Made by a program: the position numbers and the translations under genes. Shown here piece after piece: positions 1 through 9,855 of a stretch of 64,000 nt of DNA. Under the pieces are notes generated by a model. It saw nothing but the letters and a program-made list of their open reading frames with translations. It had not been told where the DNA came from and did not search any database. This DNA comes from a bacterium (lineage in GTDB: Bacteria > Zhuqueibacterota > Zhuqueibacteria > Residuimicrobiales > Krinioviventaceae): the NCBI GenBank assembly GCA_963675755.2, contig CAXXMD010000003.1, positions 3,296,001-3,360,000 on the forward strand, written 5' to 3'. The number at the start of each line of letters is the position of its first letter. Within the stretch, counting starts at the first letter, position 1.

Positions 1-2487
1 GTACAGATTCAAACTGCAATCAAGGTACAACTGAACCGTACAACAGCACTCGATTTTCAGCTCGAGCCCACAGTACTTGCATTTGGTCAGACTGTTGAGG
101 TTGTAGGTGAAAAACCATTATTTGATGCTGAATTGACAGCTTCTGAACAACGCATGTCTGAAGAAGAAATTAAGCAAAAAGTTGTTGAAGATGTAAATGA
201 CCTGGTAGCTGACCAGGTAGGTGTTGTTGTGCAAGACAACAAGATCTTTATTCGTGGTGGTCGTGCAGATGAAAGTATGTATGTAATCGACGGTCAATCC
301 ATCAAAGATCCATTATCTGGTTATTCCAACACTCTTTATATTAATGCCTCGGCTATCAAGGAACTCAAGGTTATCACCGGTGGTTTTGACGCGGAATATG
401 GTCAGGCTATGTCTGGTATTATTGATGTTGAGACCAGAGAGGGTGGAGATGAGTATGAGGGTAACTTTGTGATAAAGACTGACAATCTATTGTCAAAGTA
501 TGTCAATAGTCACAATACGGACATTATCCAGTTTAATATTGGTGGTCCTGATCCAATTACTTCCAATTTACTCCCCAACATAGGTCTGGATCTTCCGGGC
601 GAACTGGCATTCTTTCTGAGTGGTTATACCCATTTGTCAGATACCTACTTGCCCCATGCAAGCAAACTCTATCCTTCAAAATCAGCATTTAATGATTTTG
701 CACCCCGTGAGGAAAATGACTGGCATATACTTGGTAAATTGTCATGGACGATTAAGCCCGGTCAAAAATTGACGTATTCCTATGACCGTTCATTAAACAT
801 TAACCAGGGATACTTTTTACCTCGTGTAAGTGGTGAGCGTGGTTATCCATATGATTTTCAGGAAAATCTTGATCATTATAACACGTTTACCAAAGAAGGA
901 TTTCTGAGTACTTTAAAATGGACCCATACCTTGAATGCAACTACCTTTTATAATTTGAGCATTTCAAGATTTTATACAAGTTTACACTCTGCGGTACAAA
1001 ATAAACACTGGTCAGATTATGTCCAGTATCTTGATCTAGAACCCATCTATTATTATCCCACCAGCGATGGTAGTATTGAAACCCGGTTTGGAGATGGATT
1101 TTGGGATTATGGTGATTCGGAAAACTGGTATGATTATTTTAGTGATACCTGGTCATTAATAGGTGATTTTACCTATAATCCCAATGAACGCCATTCTATG
1201 AAAATGGGATTGGAATCCCGTTATACAGACATGCAGGTGATTGATATTAATGCACCCTGGTATGGAGAATCGGGACTTGGACGTAACCATGATTTTTTTA
1301 GAGTCTTCCCGAATGACGGATCTTTATACATTCAGGACAGGATCACCTACAGTGGTATGATTGTAAACCTGGGATTGCGTTACGATTACTGGTTCCCGGG
1401 AAAATATGTAGACGACGCCATTAAAGATCCTGAAACCGTGATTATTACAGATGAAGCCCGTGAAAAATATCTTGAAGATACTTTTGAGGTGTTTGGATTG
1501 CATGGTAAAGGCCACTTGAGCCCACGGTTGGGTATTTCTCATCCGGTTACAGATAATGACGTACTTTACATGCATTATGGCCATTTTTCTCAAAAACCAA
1601 AAGGCCAATATGTTTATGCCAAGTTGAAATCTACTTCCGAGGCTACATACCAATTGTTCGGGAATCCCAATCTTGATCCTACAACTACGGTTGCGTACGA
1701 GTTGGGTTTGAAACACCGTTTTAACGCAAACCAGACAATTGAGATCAAGGCATATTATAAAGATATGTTTGATTATCCCACGGCTGTGAGTGTTAAAAAA
1801 TACAGTCCGCGTTATGGAAACATTAGCTATCTCATGTATGTGAATATGGATTATGCAAGATCCCGTGGTATTGAGATGCGATTTCGTCGTCGGTATTCAA
1901 AATACCTGAGCGGTAATATTGATTTTTCATATGCTGTTGCAACCGGTAAAAGCTCTTCACCCAACACCAACCTGTTGGTTGCCGCGGGTAAAGTTGAAGA
2001 AAAACCGCTTGGCGAAACCAGCCTGTCCTGGGACAAACCTTACAGAGTTTCTACTGACATTTATTTTGATGTTCCCAAAGGTGATGGCTGGAATTTGTTT
2101 GGATTTAAAATGCCCGAAGATTGGGGCTTTAGCGTACGCTGGGAACTTGAATCCGGAAAGCGATATACCAAGCTTGTGGATGTAGACAATAATATATATG
2201 AAAGCGACGAGTATAACAGCCTGTCAAAGATGAAAATGCGTACAGATTTGAAATTTTACAAGAATTTTACAATGTTCAACACGCTGTTATCCTTTTTTGT
2301 AGAAGCTGAAAATGTTTTCAATAATAAAATACCAAGAATCATCAACCCGGTAACCGGTCAACCTTATGAGCCGGGGGATATTATTCCCGTAACCTGGTAT
2401 GATGAAGTACAGGATTTACCACCGTCAAACCCCGCCCGCTATGAATGGCCAAGACGGGTTATGACGGGTCTGGAATTTCAGTTTTAA
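1..2487 (+). CDS. TonB-dependent outer-membrane receptor, 5'-truncated by the window edge
   Basis: Frame is open from base 1. Plug motifs (FIRGGR..ESMYVIDG, ITGGFDAEYG), GNPNL.P and beta-barrel strands; C-terminal Phe (LEFQF). Confidence 0.9.
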   Translation, partial: VQIQTAIKVQLNRTTALDFQLEPTVLAFGQTVEVVGEKPLFDAELTASEQRMSEEEIKQKVVEDVNDLVADQVGVVVQDNKIFIRGGRADESMYVIDGQSIKDPLSGYSNTLYINASAIKELKVITGGFDAEYGQAMSGIIDVETREGGDEYEGNFVIKTDNLLSKYVNSHNTDIIQFNIGGPDPITSNLLPNIGLDLPGELAFFLSGYTHLSDTYLPHASKLYPSKSAFNDFAPREENDWHILGKLSWTIKPGQKLTYSYDRSLNINQGYFLPRVSGERGYPYDFQENLDHYNTFTKEGFLSTLKWTHTLNATTFYNLSISRFYTSLHSAVQNKHWSDYVQYLDLEPIYYYPTSDGSIETRFGDGFWDYGDSENWYDYFSDTWSLIGDFTYNPNERHSMKMGLESRYTDMQVIDINAPWYGESGLGRNHDFFRVFPNDGSLYIQDRITYSGMIVNLGLRYDYWFPGKYVDDAIKDPETVIITDEAREKYLEDTFEVFGLHGKGHLSPRLGISHPVTDNDVLYMHYGHFSQKPKGQYVYAKLKSTSEATYQLFGNPNLDPTTTVAYELGLKHRFNANQTIEIKAYYKDMFDYPTAVSVKKYSPRYGNISYLMYVNMDYARSRGIEMRFRRRYSKYLSGNIDFSYAVATGKSSSPNTNLLVAAGKVEEKPLGETSLSWDKPYRVSTDIYFDVPKGDGWNLFGFKMPEDWGFSVRWELESGKRYTKLVDVDNNIYESDEYNSLSKMKMRTDLKFYKNFTMFNTLLSFFVEAENVFNNKIPRIINPVTGQPYEPGDIIPVTWYDEVQDLPPSNPARYEWPRRVMTGLEFQF

Positions 2488-2496
2488 CCATGATTA

Positions 2497-3510
2497 ATGA
2501 TATTGGGTATGAATGTGAAACAAATTAAATATATTACTTACGCACTAGTATTCTTTACTGCATCTTTTGTATATTCTCAAGGTTTGCTGCCTAAATTGGG
2601 TGAACAGCGTGCAGGAACAGCATCAATGACATTTTTAAAAATTGGAGTTGGTGCAAGAGCTGTATCCATGAGTGGTGCATATGTTGCAATGGCCGATGAT
2701 GGTTCCGCAATGTACTGGAACCCTGCGGGAATTGTTCAAATTGGAAAAAATGAACTTGTTATGTCACATATGGATTGGCTTGCGGATATTAAATATGAAT
2801 TTCTTGGATATGCGCACCAGTTGAATTCAAATATTGGTATTGGTATGTATGTTGGCTATCTGCATTTGGCAGATATGCCGGTAACAACTGAATATCATCC
2901 CTTTGGGAATGGTGAGTATTTTGGATACAACGATATGGTGACCGGCCTTTCCGGTTCTTTGAAAATGACCGATAAATTTTCATTTGGTATTACTTTTAAA
3001 TATGTACGTGAAACACTTGATGATCTGGTAATGGATGGCTTTATGGTCGATTTTGGTACATATTACTGGACAGGATTTAAATCTTTACGTGTTGCTGCTG
3101 CCATGCGTAATTTTGGTCCTGAAATGAAACCAGGTGGTACCTATATGCAAACAGAAACATCTGGTAGTGTTTCTGAAACGGATTACCAGGGCTTTTCACC
3201 CCCTATTGTATTCAGCCTGGGATCTGCAATGGATGTGTATGAATTTGCTGAAAATGTATTCACGCTTTCAATTCAAATGGACCATCCTATGGATGATCAG
3301 GAAATATATGTTGCAGGTCTTGAATATGATTTCAACAATATTTTGCAATTGCGTTCAGGATACAAGGCTAATTTTGAGGAAAATCACTGGAGTTTTGGTG
3401 GCGGTTTGAGCGTTCCCATGTGGGGAAATGCATTGCAAATCGATTACTCTTATGCTGAATTTACAAACCTGTCAATGACACAGCAATTTACTATAGGATT
3501 CAAGTTTTAA
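2497..3510 (+). CDS. PorV/PorQ-family outer-membrane beta-barrel protein
   Basis: Signal peptide, FLKIGVGARAVSM.GAYVA and YWNPAG motifs, C-terminal F. Confidence 0.85.
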   Translation: MILGMNVKQIKYITYALVFFTASFVYSQGLLPKLGEQRAGTASMTFLKIGVGARAVSMSGAYVAMADDGSAMYWNPAGIVQIGKNELVMSHMDWLADIKYEFLGYAHQLNSNIGIGMYVGYLHLADMPVTTEYHPFGNGEYFGYNDMVTGLSGSLKMTDKFSFGITFKYVRETLDDLVMDGFMVDFGTYYWTGFKSLRVAAAMRNFGPEMKPGGTYMQTETSGSVSETDYQGFSPPIVFSLGSAMDVYEFAENVFTLSIQMDHPMDDQEIYVAGLEYDFNNILQLRSGYKANFEENHWSFGGGLSVPMWGNALQIDYSYAEFTNLSMTQQFTIGFKF

Positions 3511-4742
3511 TGATGAAAAGAATACATTATATTATAATTGCAATACTATTGGTTTTAATGGCAGCATCTTGCGAGTATTCCAAGATGCCTTTGCCTGTTG
3601 CAAATAGTTCCAGTTCCGGATTTGGAGCAAATGATACCAGTTATGTGGAATTGAATCCGGTATGGGATGCTACATTTTTGGGAAATACGCTTTCGCATCC
3701 AACTGATATTACTATTGGGCCTGATGGTTATATCTTTATCGCTGATGAAGGTAATGACAGAATACTGGTTGTTAATCAGTCCGGTGAACAAATGACCCAA
3801 AATGGCCTGGGTAATTTGAACAATATACCTGCACCCTCGGGTATTCATATTGATGCTAAATTAAACCTGTACGCCACGAATGGTTCAAACACAGTTTATG
3901 CTTGGAACCAATACTTTAATACAGTTTCTATTGATTCGGTGTCTGACCGCATCGTAATCAAAAATTATACAACGGGTGATACCTTGCATGTAACATTGGC
4001 TGAAGCTTATTCCGGTGAAGATGCTTTTCCGGGATATCAATTCCAGTCTATATTGTTTGAAGGATATTCCGCCGACAAACATCCAATTCGGGATGTTTAT
4101 ACTTTTTATAAGGATACTCAAGCCGGAACCCAGATCAATGATATTACATCCATTGGTGATGATCTTTATGCTACTGATTCAGGCAATCAACGTATTATAA
4201 AAATTGCCTTGATTCCTGCCTGGTTTGTAAAAACCTCAGAGGAATTTGTTCTGTTACACTATCGCGGAGCATTTTCTTCCAATGCTGTAACATATGGTTC
4301 AGGTGCAGGCACTGTTGATACACCTTGGAGCATTGTTTCTGATGATGACAATATATATTTCAGCCAATTAGCAGGTAACTTTTTGGTGCAAAAATTGAGT
4401 GCTGAAGATTTTACTTCTCAATTTACACTTTATCAGGATGCAATTATGGACCTGAACCGTTTTGTAGAGCCCCGTGCAATAGCGCTTGATGAAACCGGTG
4501 ATTTATTTGTTATGGATACAGGTTCACAAAAGGTCCAGAAATTTTTTAACACGGGTACCCGTGCAGGACAGGTTGCTGATTTGGGAGAACGCGGAATTGC
4601 TGTAACTGAATTCAATGACGCCAGAGGCTTGATGGTCAGTGACCAGGTAATCTATGTAGTAGAAAGTGGTGAAAATCGAATTCGTAGATTCCAGTATTCT
4701 ATTTCTGATGAAGATATTCCTGATGATGAAAAACAACCCTGA
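3510..4742 (+). CDS. NHL-repeat beta-propeller lipoprotein
   Basis: Lipobox MAASC; NHL repeats (P.DITIGPDGYIFIADEGNDRI, PRAIALDETGDLFVMDTG); start overlaps the upstream stop. Confidence 0.8.
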   Translation: MMKRIHYIIIAILLVLMAASCEYSKMPLPVANSSSSGFGANDTSYVELNPVWDATFLGNTLSHPTDITIGPDGYIFIADEGNDRILVVNQSGEQMTQNGLGNLNNIPAPSGIHIDAKLNLYATNGSNTVYAWNQYFNTVSIDSVSDRIVIKNYTTGDTLHVTLAEAYSGEDAFPGYQFQSILFEGYSADKHPIRDVYTFYKDTQAGTQINDITSIGDDLYATDSGNQRIIKIALIPAWFVKTSEEFVLLHYRGAFSSNAVTYGSGAGTVDTPWSIVSDDDNIYFSQLAGNFLVQKLSAEDFTSQFTLYQDAIMDLNRFVEPRAIALDETGDLFVMDTGSQKVQKFFNTGTRAGQVADLGERGIAVTEFNDARGLMVSDQVIYVVESGENRIRRFQYSISDEDIPDDEKQP

Positions 4743-4766
4743 TAATTTTCAAAAAATTATGATTTT

Positions 4767-4801
4767 AAAAGCCCTGGTATTCAAGTATCCGGGCTTTTTT
4801 T
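4767..4801 (+). terminator. Rho-independent terminator
   Basis: AAAAGCCC...GGGCTTTTTTT stem with T-tract just after the NHL gene. Confidence 0.75.
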
Positions 4802-4971
4802 ATTTAATGCAGAATATTGAATTATTTAGAATCGTTATTCTGTTAATAAGTAATAAATTGAGAAAAAATACTGAAATATTAGTAACTTGATAATTATGGT
4901 GAGAAAAAAGATTTCATTTTATTTATAAATTAATTATACTGTAAACTGTTACAAAATAATAGGATATTTGC

Positions 4972-5796
4972 ATGAAAACGCTCAGCCAGATTATTAACTA
5001 TGCATTACCTGCATTATACTTTTTTGTTGTAATAGTTTATTACCAAATTTTTAAATTTCAAAAACGTGATCTTGAAAAATACACTGTTCCTTTATTACTG
5101 GTGTTACTTTTATTTGATGGGTTTAGCATTGTTTCCCGCATTATTGCTCTCAAATTAATGCCTCTGAGTACAATATTTGACGCATTTTCTCTTTTATCCT
5201 TTTGTGTTATTTTTGTGTATTTGATTATTGAAACTACTATAAAAAACAAATCCACGGGTTTGTTTCTTGTGAGTTTTGCGTTTGTATTTAAAACCATTGC
5301 CGCATTTCATTTTAAATGGAATGCAAAAAGCAGTGCTATTTTGTCTGATCCTACCTTTGCTGTTCATGCATCATTAACCATTTGTGGATATACTGCTCTT
5401 ACCGTTTCAGCAATTTATGCGGTATTGTATATGGTGCAGGAACACAATATGAAAAAAAAGAAGTTTGATGTTGTGTCTTTACAGTTACCTCCGTTGGCTT
5501 ATTTGGAAAGTATGAGTATTCGTTCTGTTACAATTGGAATACTTGTTATTGGTATTGGGTTAGGATTGGGGCATATACAAGCATATAAAATGTTTGGGAA
5601 ATTCTGGCTTCCTGATCCCAAAATTATTATATCAGATTTGATTTTTATCTTTTATTTTGGTGGATATATAATTAATAAATTTTTGAAATTGAACAGCAAA
5701 TGGATGGCAAGGTTTTCACTGTTGGGATACATTATTTTACTGGCAAGTGCGATTTCGGTGGTAACGATATCAAATTCGTTTCATAATTTTTATTAG
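4972..5796 (+). CDS. hemX: HemX / CcsA-family membrane protein
   Basis: About 8 TM helices, conserved His residues, LPPL..LE and W..DPK motifs; directly upstream of hemA. Confidence 0.7.
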   Translation: MKTLSQIINYALPALYFFVVIVYYQIFKFQKRDLEKYTVPLLLVLLLFDGFSIVSRIIALKLMPLSTIFDAFSLLSFCVIFVYLIIETTIKNKSTGLFLVSFAFVFKTIAAFHFKWNAKSSAILSDPTFAVHASLTICGYTALTVSAIYAVLYMVQEHNMKKKKFDVVSLQLPPLAYLESMSIRSVTIGILVIGIGLGLGHIQAYKMFGKFWLPDPKIIISDLIFIFYFGGYIINKFLKLNSKWMARFSLLGYIILLASAISVVTISNSFHNFY

Positions 5797-5804
5797 AGTA
5801 TAAT

Positions 5805-7085
5805 ATGAATTTAGAAAAAGTCCCGTTTGCAATAATTGGGCTTTCACATCATACAGCACCGGTTCAGGTGCGAGAAGAAGTAGCTCTGAATGTAGAAGAT
5901 CAAAAGATTACATTAGAGTATTTGAAAAAATCCGATTATACACAAGGCTGCATTGTTTTATCAACCTGTAACCGGACTGAAATTTATCTAAGTAGTGAAA
6001 ATATTGAGCAATCTGTACTCGATTTTAAAGATTGGTTCAGTAATTATAAACAGTGTGATTATTTCAATAATGCAGAATATACCTATGTTCATATTGGTGT
6101 AAAAGCAGTTGAACATTTTTTCAAAGTTATCTCGAGTCTTGATTCGCAGATTGTAGGAGAAACACAGATTACCGGTCAGGTTAAAGAAGCATATAATCTG
6201 GCATTGGAAATGCATGCTACCGATTCTTTGATTAATAAAATTTTCAACTTTGGTATTCAGGCGCAAAAAGATGTTCGAAACAGTACCTATTTATGTGCCG
6301 GCGCCGTTTCAATTAGTTTTGCGGGTGTTGAACTTGCTGAAAAGATCTTTAACAAACTTGAAGATAAAAAAGTTCTACTTTTTGGAGCCGGTGAGACTGC
6401 GGAGCTAGCCGCGGACCATTTTTCTAAAAAAGGGGTAAAGCAATTTCATGTGATTAACCGGACCTATGAAAAGGCGGAATCACTGGCTAAAATTTTAAAC
6501 GGAAAAGCATTTTCTCTAGATCAAATGGATGATGCGTTTGATGGTGTAGATATTGTCATTTCTGCTACGTCGAGCACAGAGTATGTCATTACTTTTGATT
6601 ATATTAAACAGTTGGGTAAAAAACGGCGTAATACTCCGTTATTTTTAATCGACCTGGCAATCCCCCGTGATATTGATCCTGCGATTGAAAAGCTGCAAGG
6701 TGTTTATCTCTATAACCTGGATGATCTGCAAGAGATCGTCAAGATCAATACCAGTAAACGCACCAAAGAAATTCCCAAAGCTTTAAAAGCGATTGATGAT
6801 GTTATGCAGGACTGGATAGAATGGTATGGAACCTACTCTTTGTCTTCTACCATTGGTAAGCTGAAAAACTATTTCGAACAGGTTTGCACCAATGAAATCA
6901 ATCGGGCTTTGAAAGCTATACCTGAAGACTCTACGGATCCTTGTGATTTTGATGTTCTAAAAACCAACCTGATAAACAAACTGGTTCGTCAGCATATTAA
7001 ATTGCTGAAAAAAACAAATGGAAATCCTGATTACCAACAAACCCATATAAATCTAATACACGATCTGTTTGAACTGGAAAAGTAA
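5805..7085 (+). CDS. hemA: Glutamyl-tRNA reductase
   Basis: GLSHHTAPV, STCNRTEIY, LDSQIVGETQI, GAGE and DLAIPRDID motifs. Confidence 0.97.
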   Translation: MNLEKVPFAIIGLSHHTAPVQVREEVALNVEDQKITLEYLKKSDYTQGCIVLSTCNRTEIYLSSENIEQSVLDFKDWFSNYKQCDYFNNAEYTYVHIGVKAVEHFFKVISSLDSQIVGETQITGQVKEAYNLALEMHATDSLINKIFNFGIQAQKDVRNSTYLCAGAVSISFAGVELAEKIFNKLEDKKVLLFGAGETAELAADHFSKKGVKQFHVINRTYEKAESLAKILNGKAFSLDQMDDAFDGVDIVISATSSTEYVITFDYIKQLGKKRRNTPLFLIDLAIPRDIDPAIEKLQGVYLYNLDDLQEIVKINTSKRTKEIPKALKAIDDVMQDWIEWYGTYSLSSTIGKLKNYFEQVCTNEINRALKAIPEDSTDPCDFDVLKTNLINKLVRQHIKLLKKTNGNPDYQQTHINLIHDLFELEK

Positions 7086-7087
7086 AT

Positions 7088-8011
7088 ATGAGCAAGATTA
7101 TACGAATTGGAACCCGCGGCAGTCAATTGGCTTTATGGCAAGCCAATTTTGTGCAGAGTGAATTGGAAAGAAATAATCCCGATGTTTCATTTGAGCGTGT
7201 TATCATCAAAACAACAGGTGATCGCGACCAAAAATCATCCCTAACTCAGATCGGCGGGCAGGGTGTTTTTACCAAAACCATTGAAGATGCCCTGTTGAAT
7301 AAAGAGATTGATGTTGCTGTGCACAGTCTTAAAGATCTTCCATCTCAAGAGACGCCGGGTCTTGTATTGGGTGCTGTACCACAACGTGGATTTGTTGAGG
7401 ATGTGCTTGTAACCGAAAATGGCTCCACATTGAAGCAGCTTGACCAGGGTGCAAAAATAGCTACAGGCAGTATTCGCCGGCAATCGCAATTGCTTGCTTT
7501 GCGACCGGATCTGGAAATCAGAGATCTGCGTGGTAATATCGACACGCGTTTGCGTAAATTGACAAAAGAGGGGCTGGATGCAATCATTATGGCAAAAGCG
7601 GCAATTGTGCGTTTAGAGCTGAACCAAGTAAAGTATAGTGAATTTAATGTGGATGATATGGTGCCGAGTGTAAGCCAGGGTGCTATTGGTATTCAAATCC
7701 ATCAAGATGATCAAGATACATTGTCGGCTATTCATAAAATGAATCATGCGCCTACATTTCAGGCTGTAATGGCTGAACGATCATTACTGCGTACGCTGGA
7801 TAGTGGGTGTCAGTTCCCGGTTGGGGCTTTTGCCCAGGTTATAAGTGACGAAGTTTTGGATATTATTGGGTATGTGGGAAGTGTTGACGGTAAAACAATT
7901 ATCAAGGAGAGACTGACCGGCAGTCCCGAACAAGCTGAATTGTTGGGAGAAAGACTGGCTGAAATATTAATTGATAAAGGTGCAAAGGATGTATTGAAGG
8001 AATTGTCCTGA
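7088..8011 (+). CDS. hemC: Hydroxymethylbilane synthase (porphobilinogen deaminase)
   Basis: GTRGSQLALWQA, VHSLKD, LRGNIDTRL, cofactor Cys in SGCQFPVG. Confidence 0.97.
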   Translation: MSKIIRIGTRGSQLALWQANFVQSELERNNPDVSFERVIIKTTGDRDQKSSLTQIGGQGVFTKTIEDALLNKEIDVAVHSLKDLPSQETPGLVLGAVPQRGFVEDVLVTENGSTLKQLDQGAKIATGSIRRQSQLLALRPDLEIRDLRGNIDTRLRKLTKEGLDAIIMAKAAIVRLELNQVKYSEFNVDDMVPSVSQGAIGIQIHQDDQDTLSAIHKMNHAPTFQAVMAERSLLRTLDSGCQFPVGAFAQVISDEVLDIIGYVGSVDGKTIIKERLTGSPEQAELLGERLAEILIDKGAKDVLKELS

Positions 8012-8781
8012 TGGGCGATATTCTGGCAAATAAAATTATATTAATTACCCGGAGTGCTGTTGAAGCTGCTGATATCATTCAGGCGGTAAAAGATAAAGGC
8101 GGCAAGACAGTTGTTTTTCCGACAATACAAATTTGCCCCCCGGATGATTGGGCGGATTCAGATTCTGCAATTACATCCTTGAATCAATTTGACTGGCTTG
8201 TCTTTACCAGTAAAAACAGTGTAGATGCTTTTTTGTCCCGTGTGAATGAAATTGGTCATACATTGGGAAATATTCAAATTGCCGCAATAGGTTCCAAAAC
8301 CGCCAAACATTTGATTGAACGTGGAATGGAAATTCAGCTACAGCCGGATTCCTTTACTGCAACTGATCTGGTGAAAGCCTTTAAAAAAATGGATATGTCC
8401 GGAAAACGTGTGTTGGTACCGGTATCTGATATTGCCAGAACCGAGCTAACCGATGGTTTGACTGAACAGGGCGCAATGGTAGAACGAATCGTGGTTTACA
8501 AAACCTGCAAAACTGAACCGGAAAATCTGGACCAGGTAAAGTCCATGATTAACAAGGATTCTATTGATTGTTTTACATTTTTCAGTCCTTCGGCGTTTGA
8601 CAATTTTTCAAGCTTGTTGGGAGACGAAATAATGGAAGGTTTGAAAAGAAAACAGCCCCCTATGGCTGTAATTGGACCGACAACTGCAAATGCAGTACGA
8701 TCTGCAGGATTTTTTAAAATTATTCAAGCGAAAAACAGTACATCGACTGATTTGATAAATGCTCTACTTGGTTACTACTAA
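8011..8781 (+). CDS. hemD: Uroporphyrinogen-III synthase
   Basis: LITR, FTSKNSV, AIGSKTA, FFSPSA, IGPTTA; coupled to hemC (TGATG). Confidence 0.93.
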   Translation: MGDILANKIILITRSAVEAADIIQAVKDKGGKTVVFPTIQICPPDDWADSDSAITSLNQFDWLVFTSKNSVDAFLSRVNEIGHTLGNIQIAAIGSKTAKHLIERGMEIQLQPDSFTATDLVKAFKKMDMSGKRVLVPVSDIARTELTDGLTEQGAMVERIVVYKTCKTEPENLDQVKSMINKDSIDCFTFFSPSAFDNFSSLLGDEIMEGLKRKQPPMAVIGPTTANAVRSAGFFKIIQAKNSTSTDLINALLGYY

Positions 8782-8799
8782 TTTAATGGAGTTGTATAC

Positions 8800-9843
8800 A
8801 TGTCACAATCCTTTTTATATATTGATGCAATACAAAAAAAGCCTATTGATAGAACCCCCATTTGGATTATGCGGCAAGCGGGGAGATATCTGCCCGAATA
8901 TATGAAGGTCCGTGAAAAATATGATTTTTTAACGGTTTGTAAAACCCCTGAAATTGCCGCCGAGGTTACCTTGCAGCCCATTCGTCGGTTTGGATTTGAT
9001 GCATCAATCTTGTTTTCTGATATTCTTGTTATTCCGGAAGCCATGGGCCAAAATCTGGAATTTCTGGAAAATCATGGTCCCCAGCTTTCTCCGCAAATAC
9101 TGGATGAAAAAGAGTTTGAGAAATTGTCTACAAGAGAACTCGAGGGAAAACTGGATTATGTTGCACAGGCCATCAAGGTGATCAATTCAGAATTACCCGC
9201 GGATGTGCCTCTGATTGGTTTCAGCGGCTCTCCGTTTACCCTGGCTACTTATATGATTGAAGGGAAACCTACCCGGAATTTTAAATTTATCAAACAATTG
9301 ATCTTTAGTAATCCCAATTTTGTGCATCGGTTATTAACGTTGTTAACAGAAGCGGTGACCCGTTATCTGGAAATGCAGATACGGGCAGGTGTTAAAGCAG
9401 TACAATTGTTTGACACCTGGGGTGGAATTTTGCCCGTTCATCTTTACAATTCTTTTTCCGGCAAGTATATGAAAAATATAGTAAATCGATTGAAACATTT
9501 TGATGTACCTTTTGTTTTATTCAGTAAAGGCGGCGTTGAAATATTGCGCCAGTTAACAGACAGTGATGCTGACATGTTGGGTGTAGATTGGATGACAGAC
9601 CTTGCACATGCAAAAAAACTTGTTGATGGAAAAATCGCTTTGCAGGGAAATCTTGATCCTACTGCCTTGTATGGAGATAAAGAAATAATAAAGAATGAAA
9701 TTCAACATATTTTAAATATTATTGGCAAAGATTCGGGTCACGTTTTTAATCTGGGACATGGAATTTTACCGGATATACCGGTTGACAATGTTGCTTTTAT
9801 GGTAGACCAGGTGCGTGAACAGAGTATGAAAATCAGAGCATAG
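8800..9843 (+). CDS. hemE: Uroporphyrinogen decarboxylase
   Basis: PIWIMRQAGRYLPEY, FSDIL, QGNLDP, FNLGHGI. Confidence 0.97.
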   Translation: MSQSFLYIDAIQKKPIDRTPIWIMRQAGRYLPEYMKVREKYDFLTVCKTPEIAAEVTLQPIRRFGFDASILFSDILVIPEAMGQNLEFLENHGPQLSPQILDEKEFEKLSTRELEGKLDYVAQAIKVINSELPADVPLIGFSGSPFTLATYMIEGKPTRNFKFIKQLIFSNPNFVHRLLTLLTEAVTRYLEMQIRAGVKAVQLFDTWGGILPVHLYNSFSGKYMKNIVNRLKHFDVPFVLFSKGGVEILRQLTDSDADMLGVDWMTDLAHAKKLVDGKIALQGNLDPTALYGDKEIIKNEIQHILNIIGKDSGHVFNLGHGILPDIPVDNVAFMVDQVREQSMKIRA

Positions 9844-9855
9844 ACAGGCCCCCTT

